DNA from: Macrostomum lignano
Taxonomy: Eukaryota
NCBI GenBank assembly: GCA_002269645.1
Contig: NIVC01003134.1
Span: 1 to 64,000 of the forward strand
Direction of reading: 5' to 3'
DNA: 64,000 nt
Shown here in pieces: positions 56,460 through 64,000 of the stretch. A program made the position numbers and the translations under genes. The notes beneath the pieces were generated by a model, which ran no database searches, was not told where the DNA came from, and saw only the letters and a program-made list of their open reading frames with translations. The number at the start of each line of letters is the position of its first letter. The first letter of the stretch is position 1.

Positions 56460-59395
56460 AGCTAGTGCAAATGTTACTTCCGCTAATGCAATAATCGCTT
56501 TCTCAGGTTGTGCAACAATCCACGTCTCAGCGAGCGCAATAATCTCTTTTTTAGACAGCGCAGTAATCAGCTTCTCAGCTAGTGCAATAATCCTTGGTTT
56601 ATTAATAGCAATAATCCTTGATTAATCAAGTGCAATAATCCTTGGTTTATCAAGTGCAATAATCCTTGGTTTATCAAGTGCAGTAATCTTTGGCTTATCA
56701 AGTGCAATAATCCTTGGTTTATCAAGTGCAATAATCCTTTGTTTATCAAGTGCAATAATCCTTGGTTTATCAAGTGCAATAATCCTTGGTTTATTAAGTG
56801 CAATAATCCTTGGTTTATCAAGTGCAATAATCCTTGGTTTATCTAGCGCAGTAATCCTTGGCTTATCAGGTGCAATAATCCTTGGTTTATCAAGTGCAAT
56901 ATTTGTTTATCAAGTGCAATAATCCTTGGTTTATCAAGTGAAATAATCCTTGGTTTATCAACTGCAATAATCCTTGGCTTATCAACTGCAATAATCCTTG
57001 GTTTATCAAGCGCAGTAATCTTTGGCCTATCAAGTGCAATAATCCTTGGTTTATCAAGTGCAGTAATCCTTGGCCTATCAAGTGCAATAATCCTTGGTTT
57101 ATCAAGTGCAATAATCCTTGGTTTATCAAGTGCAATAATCCTTGGTTTATCAAGTGCAATAATCCTTGGCTTATCAACTGCAATAATCCTTGGTTTATCA
57201 AGTGCAATAGTCCTTGGTTTATCAAGCGCAGTAATCCTTGGCCTATCAAGTGCAATAATCCTTGGCTTATCAAGTGCAATAATCCTTGGTTTATCAAGTG
57301 CAACAATCCTTGGTTTATCAAGTGCAGTAATCCTTGGCCTATCAAGTGCAATAATCCTTGGTTTGCCAAGAGCAATAATCCTTAGTTTATCGAGTGCAGT
57401 AATCCTTAGTTTTCCAAGTGCAGTAATCCTTGGTTTATTAAGAGCAATAATCCTTGGCTTATCGAGTGCAGTAATCCTTGGTTTGCCAAGAGCAATAATC
57501 CTTGGTTTATCAGATGCAATAATCCTTGGCTTATCAACTGCAATAATCCTTGGTTTATCAGATGCAATAATCCTTGGCTTATCAACTGCAATAATCCTTG
57601 GTTTATCAAGTGCAATAATCCTTGGTTTATCAAGCGCAGTAATCTTTGGCCTATCAAGTGCAATAATCCTTGGTTTATCAAGTGCAATAATCCTTGGTTT
57701 ATCAAGTGCAATAATCTTTGGTTTATCAAGCGCAGTAATCTTTGGCCTATCAAGTGCAATAATCCTTGGTTTATCAAGTGCAATAATCCTTGGCTTATCA
57801 AGTGCAATAATCCTTGGTTTATCAAGCGCAGTAATCTTTGGCCTATCAAGTGCAATAATCCTTGGTTTATCAAGTGCAGTAATCCTTGGCCTATCAAGTG
57901 CAATAATCCTTGGTTTATCAAGTGCAATAGTCTTTGGTTTATCGAGTGCAGTAATCCTTAGTTTTCCAAGTGCAGTAATCCTTGGTTTATTAAGAGCAAT
58001 AATCCTTGGTTTATCGAGTGCAGTAGTCCTTGGTTTATTAATATCAATAATCCTTGAATAATCCAGTGCATTAATCCTTGGCTTATCAAGTGCAACATTC
58101 TTTACTATCAAGTGCAATAATCCATGGCTTATCAAGTGCGATAATCCTTGGCTTATCAAGTGCAATAATCCTTGGTTTATCAAGTGCAATAATCCTTTGT
58201 TTATCAAGTGCAATAATCCATGGCTTATCAAGTGCAATAATCCTTGGCTTATCAAGTGCAATAATCCTTGGTTTATCAAGTGCAATAATCCTTGGCTTAT
58301 CAAGTGCAATAATCCTTGGTTTATCAAGCGCAGTAATCTTTGGCCTATCAAGTGCAATAATCCTTGGTTTATCAAGTGCAGTAATCCTTGGCCTATCAAG
58401 TGCAATAATCCTTGGTTTATCAAGTGCAATAGTCTTTGGTTTATCGAGTGCAGTAATCCTTAGTTTTCCAAGTGCAGTAATCCTTGGTTTATTAAGAGCA
58501 ATAATCCTTGGTTTATCGAGTGCAGTAGTCCTTGGTTTATTAATATCAATAATCCTTGAATAATCCAGTGCATTAATCCTTGGCTTATCAAGTGCAACAT
58601 TCTTTACTATCAAGTGCAATAATCCATGGCTTATCAAGTGCAATAATCCTTGGCTTATCAAGTGCAATAATCCTTGGTTTATCAAGTGCAATAATCATTT
58701 GTTTATCAAGTGCAATAATCCTTTGCTTATCAAGTGCAATAATCCTTTGTTTATCAAGTGCAATAATCCTTGGTTTATCAAGCGCAGTAATCCTTGGCTT
58801 ATCAAGTGCAATAATCCTTGGTTTATCAAGTGCAATAATCCTTGGTTTATCAAGCGCAGTAATCTTTGGCCTATCAAGTGCAATAGTCCTTGGTTTATCA
58901 AGTGCAGTAATCCTTGGTTTTCCAAGTGCAATAATCCTTGGCTTCTTGAGTGCAGTAATCCTTGGTTTGCCAAGAGCAATAGTCCTTGGTTTATCGAGTG
59001 CAGTAATCCTTGGTTTTCCAAGTGCAGTAATCCTTGGTTTATTAATAGCAATAATCCTTGGCTTCTTGAGTGCAGTAATCCTTGGTTTGCCAAGAGCAAT
59101 AGTCCTTGGTTTATCGAGTGCATTAATCCTTGGTTTTCCAAGTGCAATAATTCTTGGCTTCTTGAGTGCAGTAATCCTTGGTTTGCCAAGAGCAATAGTC
59201 CTTGGTTTATCGAGTGCAGTAATCCTTGGTTTTCCAAGTGCCGTAATCCTTGGTTTATTAATAGCAATAATCCTTGATTAATCAAGTGCAGTAATCTTTG
59301 GTTTGCCAAGAGCAATAGTCCTTGGTTTATCGAGTGCAGTAGTCCTTGGTTTATTAATAGCAATAATCCTTGGCTTATCGAGTGCAGTAATCTAA
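56460..59395. repeat. 24-bp minisatellite, about 2.9 kb, with block duplications and a degenerate left edge
   Basis: Unit ATCAAGTGCAATAATCCTTGGTTT. Confidence 0.96.
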
Positions 59396-60412
59396 GTGTT
59401 TTTATTTAGTCCTTTAATAAAACCTTTTATTAAAAAATTTTACACTACTACTTTTAAACTACTTAGATTCGAACCTAGGTCGCTGCATTAGCAGTCTGGT
59501 CTGTTCAGCTCTAGGCTAGCTCTCATCGAAGTTATCAGTGATGTTGTACCACTTATATAATTCAACACTCACACCAAGTCAGGTAGAGTAAAAAGTCTCA
59601 CGAAGCAGTTATGACATAATCAATTTCTTAGGCAAGTCAGTACCAGTGTCTATGAAAGTTTACAATATGGTTACGTAATATAAATTCAGTACTGCGCTAT
59701 GCTTTCACACTCAAAGCTGTGACGCAATTCAATTGAGTGTCAAATTCAGCCAGTACACAGACGATAAATAAAGTGTATTGTGATGCAATCTATTTCAGAA
59801 TCAGAATTTAACCAGTCAGTTTTTCTGCTAGCATTCTTACGATGCATTTCAAGTCGAAAGAGCTGCTTGACCTTTGCAAAAAAGCATGTTTTTCGAATAT
59901 TTAATCCCTTTAGCATCAAGCAATTTCTTAGCCACGATGCATGTACTGTCACGGGAAAATTTCTGATCGAACAGTGCAAGTTCGAAGAAAATCGGTTGAG
60001 CCGTTTTTGCTAAAATCGATCACACACACACACATACACACACACACATACCGACAGACCATTTTTAGTATATTGGATTACTGGGACCACTGGGCAAAAG
60101 GTCATCTAGCCATTTTGAAGTGAAGAGCACTTGATCCCAGCATGTTTAGCTTAACAACTAACATTTCTAGCCCCAAGCCTATCTCTCTTAAAATGCAGAG
60201 TCAATGCAGTAATTTTGGCATTCTTTCATTTTATGATCCCCATTCCTAGGCACTTTCATTATATGATCCATATGTAAAAGATACAGTCAAAGAATAGAAA
60301 ACAGACAAAACATTATCCATGAGTCAAAGGCACTGTATTAAGGCAGTTTCAATTGATGTCTATCTGAAGTGGAGTTCAACCAAAAAGAGACAATCAAACA
60401 AAGCCTTGACAA

Positions 60413-60993
60413 GATTCTTGGTAAGAGTAGGGATGTCTTTATATTCACTTTCATTATATGATTATTTAAATGGAGAAAATGTATACAAAGGGATTGGATA
60501 ACAAAACTTGGGCTTTTCATCAATTTTGTAATACAATCCCCCAAGTCGAAAATTTGTTTGCAGGGGATTATATATCAAAAATGAAATCAAGGTATTGCAC
60601 TTGTAGATGAAGTAAAGATAGTTCATACTATCTAATAATTCCATGCCTGACCCCCCTCACTTTTGTTTTACAATCCCCTTATAGTACGGACAACATTGTT
60701 TCATGCTGTCAGGGATTGTATAACGAAAGTGAAAGGGAGTTTTAAAAAAAGAGAAAGGAGGGATTCCAAAAAAATTACAACTTACTTTTGTGGAATCTCC
60801 ATCATGTAGCCTAGACAAGGGGTTAGACAAGGTACACGATCCCCTGCAAACAAATTTTCAACTTGGGGATCGTATCACAAAATTAATGAAAAGCCCAAGT
60901 TTTGCTATCCGATCCATTTCCATACATTTCCTTCATTTGAATGATGATATAACAAAAGTGAATATAGATATGTCCCTATTCTTGCTAAGAATC
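60413..60993. repeat. Fold-back element: about 155-bp inverted arms with a nested small inverted pair
   Basis: 60413-60568 is an imperfect reverse complement of 60838-60993 (paired ORFs ITKLMKSPSF on opposite strands); inner pair about 60652-60680 / 60711-60737. Confidence 0.8.
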
Positions 60994-61819
60994 GTAGCTT
61001 AGGATTAGTTAGGGTAATTGCATTTTAAACATACTCTAGTGATATGCAAACAAGACTCCTATCTTTTATATAAAGGAATTGTATAACCTATATTGTGGAA
61101 GGTGTAGTATATGCTAGAAAATTCTGGCATACAGATGCTTTAGCTGGCATATATCTGGCGTACAAATACTTTAGCTAATATACATATTGGCATACAAGGA
61201 GGAAAAACAACGTTCTGGCACAATCATTGGCTTACAGTTTTAAAAAATATATGTTCAAGCTTGTGGTGCGTTGTACAAAAGCATTGAAGTATGTGTCATA
61301 ATTGTGTAAATTATACTAAGCAATCCTTGGTTGTAGTAAAAGTTAATTTCAGTTTTAATTTTAAGACAATGAATTAATTTTTTAAAATAATAAATCTAGT
61401 TTTTCTACAATAACTAGTGAAAAACAATATCTAAAACAATAGTATATATAACTATTTTGTTTTAATTATTATTTCCATTTTTAAATTAATATATGCTTCA
61501 TTTTTTGCAGCCATTAATTGCTACGTGTATGCATACTACTGCTTGTGGTATTAGTTATGAGCTTTTTCATCACGCAATTTTTAGTGGTGTACAATTTACT
61601 AGACCACTTAATTGATGTATTTTACTAGCGTACACTTTATTAGATAGCCAAATACTTTCCGGTATACATATAACATGATCTGCAATATGGCATATAACGA
61701 AAGTACTATGTTCTATAGAACAAATGTAAAGAGATTGTAAAAGGAAAGAATACCATAATTTTGGCCATAGATATATTTTCTCAAAATGCAGTTCATGCCA
61801 TGCCATGTGGCATAGAATT

Positions 61820-62117
61820 GGTAATGGCTAGAGTTCCGGCACCGGAACCCGTTTTCTAACAGCTAAGGATCCGGCAGTATCATATAGAAGCATATAAAGA
61901 CTGCTAAGAACATATCTAAAGAAGTATGAATATTAGAAGCATCTTGTCCCAAATCTTATTATATTGTCTTTAAATTTTAATCTATTCGATAGAACAAAAT
62001 CTCAATATCAACCACCTATAGAAAGGAAAATATAATGTTCCATCTATATTATAATGGCACTGCCGGATCCGTAGCCAATAGAAAATGGGTTCCGATGCTG
62101 GAACTCTAGCCATTGCC
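61820..62117. mobile_element. Mutator-like MITE, 298 bp
   Basis: About 59-bp imperfect TIRs starting GG(T/C)AATGGCTAGAGTTCC; perfect 9-bp TSD CATAGAATT (61811-61819 and 62118-62126). Confidence 0.88.
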
Positions 62118-63518
62118 CATAGAATTATTAATGGCATGCCAATAAACATCATTTTTGGAATTTTAGACATGTTATTATGGGAATTCAAATGCATGTTCAT
62201 ATTAATTTTGTCCAGTATTTGCCCAGTACTTTTTGTACTGGGTTGTCCACTATTACCTATTCTAAATGCATAAAGTACATGAAGACATGACTATAACAAA
62301 CTAACTTAGCATCTATTTTTCATTTTGTCATTTCAATGTTACTTTCTTACATTAGGCCCTATTCTAAACTCAAGAGTTAAGATGCAAGTTATTCCTGTTG
62401 AGAAAATAATTTAACAAACGATTCTGCAGTATAGCCCAAGTCATTTTAGGCCTAATGACAAAAAGGACCCTTAATTTGATAACAGCTGTTGTGGTTGCAA
62501 GTAGAAATCTATCTTGCCAATCTTAACTTCTTAACTTGAGTGATATTAGTTACAGTGACATTTTATCAGTGAGGGTTTTGATTAAAAAGGGCAACAATCT
62601 AGAACTGAGTAAGTTAAGATCGGACAAAATAATAAAATATATTAGGATATATAATGGAAAAATGTAGAGGTGCAGGCCTCTATATTTTGAAGTTAGGCCT
62701 ATCTGTTAGGCCCTAACAATTATGTTTGATGATCTAGCACATAAAAACATACCAAAAGACGTCAATTAATAGGTTTATGCTTATAAGAACATCACAAATT
62801 TACAAGGAAAACTATATATATAGTAAATGTTAATTTAGTCGGCCTAAATACTACCTCTAGTCTAAGTCTAACTTATAAAATATGTACTTTGATGGATAAG
62901 TCTTGCCCTTGAATAGTCATAACCCCAGCTTACATTGTAATTGATCAAAATAAATACGATTCATACACTGACAGCCGACACTATATTATATAATAACATT
63001 AGTAAGGTCGATTCGATCGTGGATTAGGTGAGATCGAAGAGTCAGAAGAGTAAATATTGTTTCTTTGAGTATTCGAATTTAAAAATGTAAGATACCTGTT
63101 GATTTAAACAAAATATCAAGTACATTAATTTATTGAAATTTCTGTCACTAGATTAGCCAGATTAAAAGATGTCTAAAATATATTAGAATATATTATAAAT
63201 ATATAAAATACATTACAGTAACACACAGTGCATGCTAAATTTAAAAAATTATAATTCTTTAAACGCATGTGACGAATTAAGTAAATATAGCGCAGCGTAT
63301 CATAGACTTTGGCACTCAAGAACGACTGAACAGAATTATGGTAGTAGTCCAAGAAAGCAATATTTTAGCTTGCTGAGTTAGCCCCGTTTCTTAGAGTAGC
63401 GACGAAGAAACAAGTTATTAATAATAGATCAAAGGATACATGGTAGCAGCAAATTATGATTGGTTAAAAGTTACATTGGGCGCTGGGCAAAATTATCAAT
63501 TGGCTAGAAATTTATCAC

Positions 63519-63562
63519 CAAGGACGACTTAAGTAAGTACTTAAGTACTTAAGTCGTCCTTG
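63519..63562. mobile_element. 44-bp P-like micro-element or excision footprint
   Basis: 17-nt inverted arms CAAGGACGACTTAAGTA / TACTTAAGTCGTCCTTG, 10-nt filler, perfect 8-bp TSD TTTATCAC. The first 14 nt match the P-like TIR at 50494 in 13 of 14 positions. Confidence 0.8.
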
Positions 63563-64000
63563 TTTATCACTTGCCGATATATAAACGCCGATGTTAGAAT
63601 ATACACAGAAGTTATACAAAATAGGATACATTTACATATTAGTCTACTGACGGTAAAAACAATGGTAGATTGTATAGTATGCAACTGAGTTGAATAATGG
63701 CCAAAATACGAGTTGCATTGCGGGATTGCATTGATTGGATTAAGAATGACCATGGAACTGAATAACTGCCGGACCTGCCGGAAGTGGATGGCTTCAATGA
63801 GCAGTTGGCCAGGGAACTCAGCGCTTTGAGAACTGCACCTTTAATTTCGGGGCTTTGCTCGCCTCGAGACCATCATTAAATGCAGCCTCGGACATTCTGA
63901 CCATAGAATGCTTATTAAATGGCTATTAAAGTTCAGAAAATTTGCATTCAATTTAAGAATTTGAAGTGAGCATATATGGCCACATTGGCTGCAAAGTGCA

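Noticed and set aside
59455-59520. tRNA-like sequence on the minus strand (GGTTCGAATC, CTGCTAA)
   Set aside because: Only a B-box and loop-like heptamer; no cloverleaf by eye; at most a SINE or tRNA relic

Overview
Eukaryotic (metazoan) genomic DNA with spliceosomal GT-AG introns and roughly one third of the window in tandem repeats. The intron-filling minisatellites are reminiscent of the flatworm Macrostomum; that is an inference and was not verified. Genes: (1) an intronless, frameshifted M13/neprilysin-like metallopeptidase at 1-1893 (+). (2) A multi-exon Notch-like receptor on the minus strand, about 17.2-4.7 kb, with at least 11 EGF repeats, 3 LNR, NOD/NODP and a TM helix, but no recognisable ankyrin repeats; it has an RLRR furin consensus at the position equivalent to the S2 cleavage site. 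(3) A complete 6-exon YME1L i-AAA protease (45331-36663, minus strand, 813 aa), in which each intron carries its own minisatellite. Beyond 45.4 kb the sequence is an AT-rich transposon graveyard: a P-superfamily THAP element with TIRs and a 7-bp TSD, hAT transposase relics, a hAT MITE (8-bp TSD) with an empty-site paralogue, a Mutator-like MITE (9-bp TSD), and a 44-bp element that looks like a P-type 17+17-nt excision footprint. A CORE-type tRNA-derived SINE lies at about 31.1 kb, and YME1L intron 5 holds a three-level nested insertion. All alignments were done by eye; no database searches were run.
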